This document shows positions 44,818-54,069 of a stretch of 64,000 nt of DNA, in pieces. The first letter of the stretch is position 1. Each line of letters begins with the position of its first letter. The position numbers and the translations under genes are program-made. Origin of the DNA: Chloroflexota bacterium (GTDB lineage Bacteria > Chloroflexota > UBA6077 > SHYK01); the NCBI GenBank assembly GCA_035652535.1, contig DASRDP010000084.1:2282-66281 (forward strand). The letters are read 5' to 3'. Below the pieces are notes generated by a model. It did not search any database. It was not told the origin of the DNA and saw only the letters and a list, made by a program, of their open reading frames with translations.

Positions 44818-45705
44818 ATGCAGGAGCGGCCTTCACCTCCTCCTCGGGAGCGGGATGGCGATCCGGCCGGTGCGGACGGGCAGACGATCGCCGAACCGGT
44901 CGCGACCAACGGCCACACCGTCGCATCCGCCGCGCGGCCCGCGCCGTCGGAGCCGGCGGCGTCGAACTTGCCGCCCCCGTCCACCAGACGGCGACGGCTG
45001 TTGCTCATCGTCCCGATCCTCTTCATCGTCGGCGCCGTGGCGCTGTTCGTCGGTCTGCGATTCTGGGTCGAATCCACGTACTTTGTGATGACCGACAACG
45101 CCGAGGTCACGGGGTCCATGGTGCAGGTCGGGTCCCTCAACGCCGGGCGCATCGTCCAGGCGACGGTGGACGTTGGACAGACGGTCACGAAAGACCAGGT
45201 TGTGGCTGTGGTGGCCGTTCCGCAGCAGGTGGGCAACGTTCCGCTCACGGATCAGCCAATCCTGGACCAGACCGGCAGCGTCAACGCGCAGGTCCCGGTC
45301 CGCTCGCCCATCGACGGGGTTGTCGCAGCGCGGATGGGGAGCGTCGGCGGGACCGTGAGCGCCGGGCAGGCGATCTACACGCTCGTCGACCCGCGGCACA
45401 TTTGGGTTCAGGCGAACATCGACGAAGACAAGGTTTCCCGCGTGCAGCCGGGTCAGGAGGTCGAGGTGCACTCGGTGGCGCTGGGGAAGAGTTTTCAAGG
45501 GCGCGTGCGGGCGGTGGCGCCGGCCAGCGCCGCCACGTTCTCGCTGCTGCCCGCTCAGAACCTGTCTGGGAACTTCAACAAGGTCACGCAGTGGGTCCCC
45601 GTGAAGATCGACGTCGACACCGGTGGCGAGGTGCTTCCGCTCGGCACGTCCGTCGACGTGCGCATCCGCGTTCAGGAGGGCGGCGGGGTGCCGTGGCTTC
45701 CATAG
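44818..45705 (+). CDS. HlyD/EmrA-family membrane fusion protein
   Basis: ATG 44818 directly abuts the marR stop. TM anchor followed by TDNAEVTGSMVQVGSLNAGRI and the biotinyl-lipoyl-like and barrel regions. Confidence 0.8.
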   Translation: MQERPSPPPRERDGDPAGADGQTIAEPVATNGHTVASAARPAPSEPAASNLPPPSTRRRRLLLIVPILFIVGAVALFVGLRFWVESTYFVMTDNAEVTGSMVQVGSLNAGRIVQATVDVGQTVTKDQVVAVVAVPQQVGNVPLTDQPILDQTGSVNAQVPVRSPIDGVVAARMGSVGGTVSAGQAIYTLVDPRHIWVQANIDEDKVSRVQPGQEVEVHSVALGKSFQGRVRAVAPASAATFSLLPAQNLSGNFNKVTQWVPVKIDVDTGGEVLPLGTSVDVRIRVQEGGGVPWLP

Positions 45706-47285
45706 CGGCGCCGCTCTCAGCCCGCCGCGCGGCGCTGGCCGGGATCGCGTATCACTGGCAGGCGCTCTTCGTCGTCGTCCTCGGGACGTTCATGGTGGTG
45801 CTGGACACGACCATCGTGAACATCGCCCTGCCGAAGATCATGCAGATCTTTCAGAGCAGCGTCGACGAGGGCGACATGGTGCTGACGGGATACATGCTGG
45901 CGCTGGCCATCGTGATGCCGGCCACGGGGTACCTATCCGATCGCTTCGGCTCGAAGCGCGCGTACATCATCACCATCACCCTGTTCACGGTGGGATCGCT
46001 GCTCTGCGGGCTGGCGCCCAACATGCCCGGGCTCATCGTCTTTCGCGTCCTGCAGGGCCTCGGCGGGGGGATGCTCCAGCCCCTGGGAATGAGCATCCTG
46101 TACACGTCGGCGCCGATGGACAAGCGGGGGACCATCATGGGCGTCTTCGGGCTGCCCTTGCTGATCGCGCCCGCCATCGGCCCGACCCTTGGCGGCTACC
46201 TCGTGGAGTACGTCGACTGGCGATGGATCTTCACCCTGAACGTGCCGGTCGGCATCATGGCGGCGGGCGCCGGCATCCTGATCCTCCGCGAGACGCCCAG
46301 GCAGGCCGGCGGCCGGTTCGACTGGGCAGGCTTCACGCTGGCCGCGATCGGATTCTCGTCCGCCCTGCTCGCCCTCTCGAAGGGGCCCGGCGACGGATGG
46401 ACCGCGCCGCACATCGTGGCGCTGTACCTCGTGACGGCGGCAGCCCTCCCGTGCTGGGTCGTCGTGGAGCTGGCGCAGGACGACCCGATGCTCGACCTGT
46501 CCGTTCTTCGGGACCGGACCTACCTGGTCGCGCAGCTCGTCACGATGGTGGCGACGGTGGGGCTCTACTCGCTACTCCTGCTCCTGCCCCTCTTTCTCCA
46601 GAACGTGCGCGGGCTGGGCGCGATGGAGACGGGCATCCTGCTGCTGCCGAACGCCATCGCCGCGGCGATCTCGATGCCGATCGCGGGGCGGCTGGTGGAT
46701 AAGGTGGGGGCACGGCCGCTGGCGGTCCCCGGGATGCTGGCGCTGGCCGGGGCCACGTGGATGGTCTCCAGCATCGCGCCCGGGACGTCGGACGACTATC
46801 TCCGTCTGGCGCTCGTGATCCGAGGATTCGCGACCGGGGCCATGTTCATGCCCGTCATGGCGGTTGCGATGGACAGCATCGCGCCGCCGAAGATCCCGCG
46901 AGCCACGGCGCTCTCCAACGTAATGCGCCAGCTCGCCGGCGCCTTCGCGACGGCGATGTTCGCGAGCCTGTTTCTCGACCACACGCGGCTGCACGCCGCG
47001 GCGCTGACGCAGGTCGTCACGCCAGCCTCGATCACCGCGGTCAACATTCTGAATGCCACGAAGACCGCGATGATGCAGCTCGGCTACTCCGCCGCCGACG
47101 CCCAGCGCATCGGGCTGCTTGCCCTGACGAAGGAAGTGGAACTGGCCGCGACCGTCCGGGCCTTCGACGACTGCTTCCGGATCGCGACGATCGCGGCGCT
47201 GGCCGGCGTGCTGCCCGCGTTCTTCCTGACCGGGCGGCGGATGTCCGCGCGAGGTCGGCGCGAGGTGGTCGCCGAGGCGGGGTAG
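45693..47285 (+). CDS. DHA2 (EmrB/QacA) family MFS efflux permease
   Basis: Signature LDTTIVNIALPKI and 14 TM-like segments. No ATG is available. GTG 45693 lies 12 nt after AGGAGGG and overlaps the HlyD stop. The track ORF starts at 45402 inside the upstream gene. Confidence 0.8.
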   Translation: MASIAAPLSARRAALAGIAYHWQALFVVVLGTFMVVLDTTIVNIALPKIMQIFQSSVDEGDMVLTGYMLALAIVMPATGYLSDRFGSKRAYIITITLFTVGSLLCGLAPNMPGLIVFRVLQGLGGGMLQPLGMSILYTSAPMDKRGTIMGVFGLPLLIAPAIGPTLGGYLVEYVDWRWIFTLNVPVGIMAAGAGILILRETPRQAGGRFDWAGFTLAAIGFSSALLALSKGPGDGWTAPHIVALYLVTAAALPCWVVVELAQDDPMLDLSVLRDRTYLVAQLVTMVATVGLYSLLLLLPLFLQNVRGLGAMETGILLLPNAIAAAISMPIAGRLVDKVGARPLAVPGMLALAGATWMVSSIAPGTSDDYLRLALVIRGFATGAMFMPVMAVAMDSIAPPKIPRATALSNVMRQLAGAFATAMFASLFLDHTRLHAAALTQVVTPASITAVNILNATKTAMMQLGYSAADAQRIGLLALTKEVELAATVRAFDDCFRIATIAALAGVLPAFFLTGRRMSARGRREVVAEAG

Positions 47286-47565
47286 CGCCGGCCGACGACG
47301 GTGGCGAGGGATCCGGCCGGCCGGGACGCTCGGCCCGCCCCCCAGCGCGCTGGCGACCGGATTTGGCGCGATCCCGCCGGATCTCGGAGAGGCCGGCTAC
47401 GGCCAGACGCGACGAACGTCCGCGCCCTTGAGCCCTAAAGGTCACAACGGGGTCGCGCGGACGAAAAGTGAGACAAGCGGGTTTGCTTGGCGTCCCCATT
47501 CGGGGGTATGCGTTACTCCGAACGACGGAGGATGGAGTGAGAAGGGTTTCTTCCGCGGGCCCGTA

Positions 47566-49242
47566 CTACCGGATCGGCAGCGGGCTCTCGATGGCAACGT
47601 CGAGGAGATACGGGCCGTCGTGGGCGAACGCGGCGCGGAGCGCTGTCGCCAGCTCATCCGGTCGCTCGACCCGCTTCGCCGGCACGCCCATCGCCTCCGC
47701 GATGCGATCGAATCGCAGCGGCGGCTCCGCCAGGTCCATGCCCACGAATCGCCTGCCCCGCGCCGCTGGGCCCAGATACTCCAGCATGTTGAGCTTCAGG
47801 ATCCGATAGCTGGCGTTACTCAGCATCACGAAAGTGGCGGGGATCCGATGGTGCGCGGCCGTCCAGAGCGCGGTGATGCTGTACATGGCCGCGCCGTCGG
47901 AGCACACGCCGACCACCTTCCGGTCCGGCCGGGCGAGCTGGGCGCCGAGGGTGCCCGGCAGGCCGGTGCCGATCCCGCCGCCCCTGCCGTTCATCATCTG
48001 CTCCGGCGCGCTGGGCGCGAGGGCGGCGAGCAGGTGCGGCTGATTCGTGCCGGCCTCCGAGAACACCAGCGCGTCGTCGGGGAGGGCCTCTCGCAGCTCG
48101 TGCATCAGCCTCGGCGCGGAGATCGGGTCCGCGTCCCATCGCGCCCGCGATTCCTCCTCGCGCTGTCGCCTCGCGCTCGCCGTACCCTCGGCGATCGCGG
48201 TCGTGCGCGCCCGCGCCTCCACCTGCTGCTCGGTCGACATGCGGCTCCGGATGGCCGTTGAGAGATCCGCGAGGGCGCTCTTCGGGTCGCAGAGCATGGT
48301 CAGGTCGGCCGGTATGTTCTTGTTCAGTTCCCACGATACGGCGTCGATCTGGATCAGCTTCGTTGTCGGCGCCAGAACGGGCTCGGTGCTGGGGAAGATG
48401 ATCTGAAAGAGCGGCGCACCCACGCATAGCAGCACGTCGCAGTCCGCCAGCCGCTCGCGAAGGCCCGCCGGGCCGCCGGTGAAGGGGATCGGGCCCAGAT
48501 TGAGCGGGTGCGCCGCGGGCACATTGAATTCCGACGCGTAGTTCTCAAAGATCGGGGCGCCGATCAGCTCCGCCAGGTCAACAAGCTCGGCCTGGGCCTC
48601 CGCCAGGGCGACGCGGTCGCCCGCGAGGATCATCGGGCGTCGCGCCGCCAGCAGCAGCTCCGCCGCTCGATCGGTCGCCTCCCGGCCGGGGCGGCTGCGC
48701 CAATCGGTGTACGCTGTCGGGCGGATCTCCACCTCCGCCTCTTCGTCGAGCACGTCGCACGGCATCGCCAGAAAGACGGGGCCCCGCGGGGGCTCGGCCG
48801 CGACCTTAAACGCCCGCCGCAGGGCCTGGGGCACGTCGCGGGCGTGCTCGACCTGGTAGGCCCACTTGGTCACCGGGCGCGCCATGTCGACGAGGGCGGC
48901 GGAGAGGTGCGGCTCCTGGAATAGCGCTCGGGTTTCCGATTGGCCGGCATATACGACCAGCGGCGATTGACCCACCCGCGCGTTGTGCATCATGCCCATG
49001 GCGTTGCCCAGGCCCGGCGCGATGTGCACCTCGACGAAGGCCGGCGCACGCGTCAGGCGCGCATAGGCATCGGCCATGGAGATCGCCACGCCCTCGTGTA
49101 GCGCCAGGACGTACTCGATCTGCGGGTAGTCCTGCAGGGCGTCCATGAAACCCTGCTCGGTCGTGCCGGGATTGCCGAACACGAAGCGCACGCCGTCGGC
49201 GACGAGCTGCTCCAAGATCGCGCGCTTGCCGGACACATACAT
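47566..49242 (-). CDS. Thiamine-pyrophosphate enzyme (benzoylformate decarboxylase / acetolactate synthase-like)
   Basis: 558 aa. TPP_N block VFGNPGTTE...ALHEGVAISMADAYAR and the C-terminal TPP motif GGGIGTGLPG...SDGAAMYS. Confidence 0.85.
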   Translation of the reverse strand: MYVSGKRAILEQLVADGVRFVFGNPGTTEQGFMDALQDYPQIEYVLALHEGVAISMADAYARLTRAPAFVEVHIAPGLGNAMGMMHNARVGQSPLVVYAGQSETRALFQEPHLSAALVDMARPVTKWAYQVEHARDVPQALRRAFKVAAEPPRGPVFLAMPCDVLDEEAEVEIRPTAYTDWRSRPGREATDRAAELLLAARRPMILAGDRVALAEAQAELVDLAELIGAPIFENYASEFNVPAAHPLNLGPIPFTGGPAGLRERLADCDVLLCVGAPLFQIIFPSTEPVLAPTTKLIQIDAVSWELNKNIPADLTMLCDPKSALADLSTAIRSRMSTEQQVEARARTTAIAEGTASARRQREEESRARWDADPISAPRLMHELREALPDDALVFSEAGTNQPHLLAALAPSAPEQMMNGRGGGIGTGLPGTLGAQLARPDRKVVGVCSDGAAMYSITALWTAAHHRIPATFVMLSNASYRILKLNMLEYLGPAARGRRFVGMDLAEPPLRFDRIAEAMGVPAKRVERPDELATALRAAFAHDGPYLLDVAIESPLPIR

Positions 49243-49408
49243 GGTCTCGCTCCGCCCGGAGATCCCGCTCGTGAACCAACGCGTTGTACCAGTTTTGTCG
49301 TGATCGACGCGTGACGTCCGTCGAGATACCTCTGTTATGTCGTTCGGCGAATTTGCGAACGTTGCGCCGTTAAACTGCCGATTGCGTATCCTCGCGAGAG
49401 GTGACCCA

Positions 49409-49675
49409 ATGGCATACGCATCTATTGCTCTCGACGCACAGCGTGCCGCGATCGTACAGGATCTGTTTCGCCTCGCCTTCTGTCGTCAGCTCGCGGAGAA
49501 TGGCGCATCGGTGTCCGGCTGCGGCACGACGGAGGCGTGGAGGCTCAGCGAGGGCGAGTTAACCACGCTTATCGAAGACTATGCGACGTGGCTTCGGCAG
49601 ACCCAGCGGTCTGACGAAGCGGACGTGCTTCTGAACTCTGCATTTGGATCGGGAGCCGCATTTGCCTTGACCTAA
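49409..49675 (+). CDS. Hypothetical small protein
   Basis: ATG 49409 follows GAGAGGTGA (the track ORF starts at 49337). Lower-GC region. No family recognised. Confidence 0.35.
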   Translation: MAYASIALDAQRAAIVQDLFRLAFCRQLAENGASVSGCGTTEAWRLSEGELTTLIEDYATWLRQTQRSDEADVLLNSAFGSGAAFALT

Positions 49676-49824
49676 CGAACCTCCTCATCCTTCCTCCCAC
49701 CGCGCACGGTTGGACTTAAGCCTCACAACCGTGTACGATCCCTCGCGAAGGTCGATTGGTTTCTCCATCGATCGATGCCGAGGTCGATGCTGTACTCTCG
49801 TGCAGCGAAGCTGGACATAACGGC

Positions 49825-49852
49825 TTTTCATTGCACGTTGATGCGGTATAAT
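49825..49852 (+). promoter_or_regulatory. Candidate strong promoter for the Tyr-rich protein gene
   Basis: TTTTCA-16 nt-TATAAT (perfect -10 at 49847-49852) in an AT-rich spacer, followed by the tandem SD GAGGAGGCAAGGAG before GTG 49919. Confidence 0.45.
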
Positions 49853-49918
49853 CCGTCCTTCCTCGGTCAGGCGAGGATCTGCGCGTTGGCTGACGACATC
49901 CTAGTGAGGAGGCAAGGA

Positions 49919-50917
49919 GTGAAGGCGGCTCTTGCGCTAAAGCGCTGGCAAATTGTCCCTGTGCTGGTCATTCTTTTGATGTTTGGTGCGACGACGCTTC
50001 CGGCACAGGCCCAATATGGCTATCCCTACGGCTACGGTTATGGCAACTACGGCGCTCCATACAGCGGTTATTACGGAAACTCCTACTCGGGCTACTACGG
50101 AAATTACTACTCCGGCTACTATCCGTACTCGGGCTACTACGGGAACTACTACTCGAGCTATTACCCATATTCGTACGGCTACAACAGCTACTACCCATAT
50201 TCGTACGGCTACAACAGTTACTACCCGTACTCGTACGGCTACAATAGCTACTATCCGTACTCGGGGTACTACGGGAATTACTACTCGGGCTACTATGGCT
50301 ATCCGACTTACGGGTATGGCTACTACAACGGCTACTACCCGGGCTATGCCTACGCGTACGGCGGGCTCACCGCGCCCACTGGCCTGACGGTCACCAGCAA
50401 CACGGGCAATACCGTGACGCTCTCGTGGACGGCTTCGGTGGGAGCTATCACGTACCAGGTCCTGGAATCAACGGCCGGCGGTCCATACGTCGCCGTGACC
50501 AGCACGCCCTCTTCGGCCACGACGGCGTCGGTCGCCAATCTGGTAACCGGCGTCGTCTACAGCTTCGAGGTGGTCGCTGTCGATGCGTACGGCCACCAGA
50601 GCACTCCGTCCACCCCCGTCACCGTGACGGCGGGGAGTGGCGGAACCGGGCTCACCGCCCCGACCGGCCTCGCCCTCGCCGGTAAGCCATCCAGCACAAG
50701 CGCCACGATCACGTGGACGGCGGTTACTGCCGCGTCGTCGTATCGCGTCTACCAGTCCACCGCGGGGAGCGCGTTCGTTCTGGTCTCGACCACGTTGACC
50801 AACAGCGCAACCGTGGCCGGGCTCACGCCCGGCGTGAGCTATTCGTTCGAAGTGATCGCCATGGACGCCGGCGGCAATGCGAGTCCGCCGTCGCAGCCTC
50901 TCACCTTCACCCAGTAG
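49919..50917 (+). CDS. Secreted protein: signal peptide, 117-aa Tyr/Gly/Ser/Asn/Pro low-complexity domain, two FN3 domains
   Basis: GTG 49919 follows GAGGAGGCAAGGAG (the track ORF starts at 49775). Signal peptide KRWQIVPVLVILLMFGATTLPAQA. Tyr-rich region 50015-50365. FN3 repeats LTAPTGLTVTS...LSWTAS...YQV and LTAPTGLALAG...ITWTAV...YRVYQ. Confidence 0.8.
   Translation: MKAALALKRWQIVPVLVILLMFGATTLPAQAQYGYPYGYGYGNYGAPYSGYYGNSYSGYYGNYYSGYYPYSGYYGNYYSSYYPYSYGYNSYYPYSYGYNSYYPYSYGYNSYYPYSGYYGNYYSGYYGYPTYGYGYYNGYYPGYAYAYGGLTAPTGLTVTSNTGNTVTLSWTASVGAITYQVLESTAGGPYVAVTSTPSSATTASVANLVTGVVYSFEVVAVDAYGHQSTPSTPVTVTAGSGGTGLTAPTGLALAGKPSSTSATITWTAVTAASSYRVYQSTAGSAFVLVSTTLTNSATVAGLTPGVSYSFEVIAMDAGGNASPPSQPLTFTQ
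50162..50251 (+). repeat. Three tandem 30-bp coding repeats (YPYSYGYNSY x3) differing only at synonymous sites
   Basis: Units at 50162-50191, 50192-50221 and 50222-50251. Differences are agc/agt, cca-tat/ccg-tac and aac/aat only. Confidence 0.9.
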
Positions 50918-50941
50918 CGCGCACCTCGGATCGCAAACCAT

Positions 50942-50994
50942 CGCGCAGGGGGACGGGGGATCGCAGAGATGCGCTTCCCTGTCCCCCATGCGCG
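50942..50994 (+). terminator. GC-rich hairpin downstream of the Tyr-rich protein gene
   Basis: CGCGCAGGGGGACGGGG (50942-50958) pairs with CCCTGTCCCCCATGCGCG (50977-50994). Confidence 0.45.
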
Positions 50995-51116
50995 TCAGTT
51001 GACACGCGCGCCTCGCGGATTACAATGGCCCGCTGTCGCGGGCTGGCTCAATCGTGTGCTCGCCAGGGGCGTGAGGCACGGCCGCGCGGCGTTATGAAGT
51101 ACAACCGAGGCGTGGA

Positions 51117-52841
51117 ATGGATCGGTGCGCGCGAGCGGTGGCCATGGTCGGGGCCGTAATCCTCCTCGCGGCCTGCGCGAGGACGACCGGTCCATCCGCG
51201 AATCCGTCGACCGGGGCGGGGCGCGCTGCGCCCAGCAGCGCGCCCCTCAAGCGCATCGTCGCCGGCGTGATCTCCGATCCGTTCACGTTGAACTCGATGA
51301 TCAATACGGCCGGCGGCAACACCATGCCTGGGGTCCCCGAGCTCGAGCAGATGCTGAATGCGGGTCTCGCGCAGACGTCGGACAGCGGCATGGCTCCGCT
51401 GCTGGCGGAACAGGTCCCGACCATCGAGAACGGCGCCTGGCGCGTCGCGCCGGACGGCTCGATGGAGACGACGTGGCGGATTCGGGGTGACGCGCGATGG
51501 CACGATGGGACCGCGCTCACGGCGAACGACCTGCAGTTCACCGTCCAGGTGTTGAAGGACCCGGACTTCCCCGCGTTTCGGAATCGAATTTACGACCTGA
51601 TCACCCGCATCGAGACGCCGGACGACCGCACGGCCGTGGTCTACTGGTCGCAGATCGACATCAGCGCCGACCGGCTCTTCAGCTTTACCAACGATAACCT
51701 CGCCCTGCCGATGCCGGAGCACATCCTGGCGCCCGCCTTCGCCGCGGATAAGGCGACGTTCATCGATCTCCCGTACTGGAGCGAGCAGTTCGTCGGCACC
51801 GGGCCGTTCAGGCTGCGAACGTGGGTGGCCGACAGCCATCTCATCATGGAAGCCAACGATCAGTTCATCCTCGGTCGGCCGAAGATCGATCAGGTCGAAG
51901 TGCGCTTCATCCCCGATCCGAACGCCATGGTTGCCAGCATCCTCGCGGGCGTGGTAGAGATCACCCTCGGGCGCGGCTTCACCCCCGAGCAGGCCGGCGA
52001 GGTGGCCGACCAGTGGCGCGATGGTCACATGATCACCGCGCCGGCGCGCTGGGTCGTCATCTTCCCGCAGCTCCTGACGCCCAGCCCGGCCATCGTCGGC
52101 GACGTGCAATTTCGGCGCGCCCTCCTTCACGCCCTCGACCGCCAGCATCTGATGGAGGTCTACGAGCGCGGAGCCACGGCCGTCGCCGACAGCCTGCTCG
52201 AGCCAAATCAGCCGCAGTACGCCGACATCGAGAAGCGCGTCGCCCGCTACCCGTATGATCCGCGTCGGGCCCTGCAGATTCTCGACGGCCTCGGATTTCG
52301 ACAGGGCTCGGATGGTGCGCTGCGCGATGCGGCCGGCCAGCCGCTGGCGTTCGAGGCGCGAACGCCCGACGTGGGGCCGAACCAGCAGATGAACTTGGCC
52401 GTGGTGGCCGACTGGAAGGCGGTCGGCCTGAGTCCCGACATCGTCGTGGTCCCTCGCCAGCGGCTGGGCGACAATGAGTACCGTTGGACGTTTCCCAGCT
52501 TCGAGCTGACCAAGCGCGCGCACGACGTGAAATCGCTGGCGAACTTCCACAGCTCGCAGACGCCCCTCCCCGAGAACCACTTCCTCGGAAGCAACGTGTC
52601 GCGCTACATGAGCCCCGAGTTCGACCGGATGCTGGACCGATACTTCTCGACCATCTCGGTGAGCGAGCGGACGAAGGCTCTGGGCGATATCGTCGCGACG
52701 TTCTCCGAGAACGTCCTGGCCCTCGGACTGTTCTACGATCACGAACCGGCGCTCGTGGCGAATCGCATTCAGAACGTCGTTGGAGCTCACCGGCTCGATA
52801 CGACGGAGACGTGGAACGCCGACAAATGGGATGTGGACTGA
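51117..52841 (+). CDS. Family-5 ABC substrate-binding lipoprotein, SBP5-4
   Basis: Lipobox LLAAC. Family block PDGSMETTWRIRGDARWHDGTALTANDLQF ... GRPKIDQVEVRFIPD. Confidence 0.85.
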   Translation: MDRCARAVAMVGAVILLAACARTTGPSANPSTGAGRAAPSSAPLKRIVAGVISDPFTLNSMINTAGGNTMPGVPELEQMLNAGLAQTSDSGMAPLLAEQVPTIENGAWRVAPDGSMETTWRIRGDARWHDGTALTANDLQFTVQVLKDPDFPAFRNRIYDLITRIETPDDRTAVVYWSQIDISADRLFSFTNDNLALPMPEHILAPAFAADKATFIDLPYWSEQFVGTGPFRLRTWVADSHLIMEANDQFILGRPKIDQVEVRFIPDPNAMVASILAGVVEITLGRGFTPEQAGEVADQWRDGHMITAPARWVVIFPQLLTPSPAIVGDVQFRRALLHALDRQHLMEVYERGATAVADSLLEPNQPQYADIEKRVARYPYDPRRALQILDGLGFRQGSDGALRDAAGQPLAFEARTPDVGPNQQMNLAVVADWKAVGLSPDIVVVPRQRLGDNEYRWTFPSFELTKRAHDVKSLANFHSSQTPLPENHFLGSNVSRYMSPEFDRMLDRYFSTISVSERTKALGDIVATFSENVLALGLFYDHEPALVANRIQNVVGAHRLDTTETWNADKWDVD

Positions 52842-52857
52842 AAGGAGACGGACAGCC

Positions 52858-53994
52858 GTGAGCATCGTGATCGACACGGACGCCCATTTCTTCCCGGTGG
52901 ACGCCTTCGATGACGAGACCAGTCGCCGCCGATTCCGCAGCCGCTGGCCCCGCGTTCAATTCGACGCTCTGGGCCGCGACTTCATCGTATTCCCGGAGCA
53001 GTTCGATAAGCTGAGCCCGTACCAGCGGAGCATCCCGTGCTCGCTCATCCCCGGCAGGCACCATCCGGGCTACTACGATCCGGCCCCGCGGGAGCAGTGG
53101 CTCGACGAGGCCGGCATCGACATGCAGGTCCTCGTGCCGTCGCCGGCCACGTTCACCTATCACTGCGAGCCCGAGCTGGGCGCCGCCGTGTGCCGCTCGT
53201 ACAACGACGCCATCGCTCGGGTCCTGAAGGCGCACCCGGGGCGCTTCATCGGTCTGGCGGTTCTTCCGATGCAGGACCCGGTCGCCGCGGTCGAGGAGCT
53301 CGATCGCGCGACCCTTGAGCTGGGGATCCACGCGCCCCTCGTGATCTCCAACGTGAACGACAAGAACTTGAACGAGTACGAGTTCTGGCCGGTCTACGAG
53401 CGCATGGAGCTCCTCGGCGTTCCCCTCATCGTGCATGGCAATCGCAACGGTCCGACCGTCGGCCTCGATCGCCTGCCGCACATGCACATGGATAACGCGC
53501 TGGGCTTTCTCTTCGAGGGGTCGTTGGCGATTGCCAGCCTCATCATGTACGGCGTGCTGGACATGTATCCGAAGCTTCGCGTCGGCGTCCTCGAAACGGG
53601 CGCCGGCTATCTCACGTATCTCATGGATCGCCTCGAGGAGATCTACGAGATGGAAACGTTCGGCGGCATCAGCCCGTATCAGGGAAAGCGGGTGAAGGAC
53701 TTGATCCTCAAGCGGCCGAGGGAATACATGGACCAATTCTGGGTCTGCTTCAACGTCGGCGCCGAGGCGCGCAATGTCCCGCACGTCGTTCGCCAGTTCG
53801 GAGCGGACCGGTTCATGGTGAACAGCGACTTTCCCCACGGAGTCGGTGGCGCCGGCGAAGGAATGGTGGACATCGTGAACGGCATCGATGAGATCAGCCG
53901 GTCCGAAAAGGACACGCTGCTCGGTCTGGCCGCGTGCGAGCTGTTCGCCATCGATCCAGAGACCCGCCAGCAGAGGCGGCCGGCCGCCGTGTAG
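52858..53994 (+). CDS. Amidohydrolase_2 family protein, AH-3
   Basis: GTG 52858 follows AAAGGAGA and lies 16 nt after the SBP5-4 stop. Motifs: N-terminal IDTDAHFF and C-terminal VNSDFPH. Confidence 0.8.
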   Translation: MSIVIDTDAHFFPVDAFDDETSRRRFRSRWPRVQFDALGRDFIVFPEQFDKLSPYQRSIPCSLIPGRHHPGYYDPAPREQWLDEAGIDMQVLVPSPATFTYHCEPELGAAVCRSYNDAIARVLKAHPGRFIGLAVLPMQDPVAAVEELDRATLELGIHAPLVISNVNDKNLNEYEFWPVYERMELLGVPLIVHGNRNGPTVGLDRLPHMHMDNALGFLFEGSLAIASLIMYGVLDMYPKLRVGVLETGAGYLTYLMDRLEEIYEMETFGGISPYQGKRVKDLILKRPREYMDQFWVCFNVGAEARNVPHVVRQFGADRFMVNSDFPHGVGGAGEGMVDIVNGIDEISRSEKDTLLGLAACELFAIDPETRQQRRPAAV

Positions 53995-54069
53995 CGCGGC
54001 GCCGGGGACCGCCCAGCCCAACTTTCGCCCGGATTTCAGTTCCCATGACCGATACGACAAGGAGCGCAG

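Noticed and set aside
20051-53994. Loss of the second His in the N-terminal HxH motif of AH-2 (DTHIR) and AH-3 (DAHFF), read as evidence of inactive enzymes
   Set aside because: Amidohydrolase_2 members are known to vary at this motif (for example Glu-containing variants in LigW and gamma-resorcylate decarboxylase-type enzymes). The C-terminal D(Y/F)PH is intact. This is not enough to call pseudo-enzymes.
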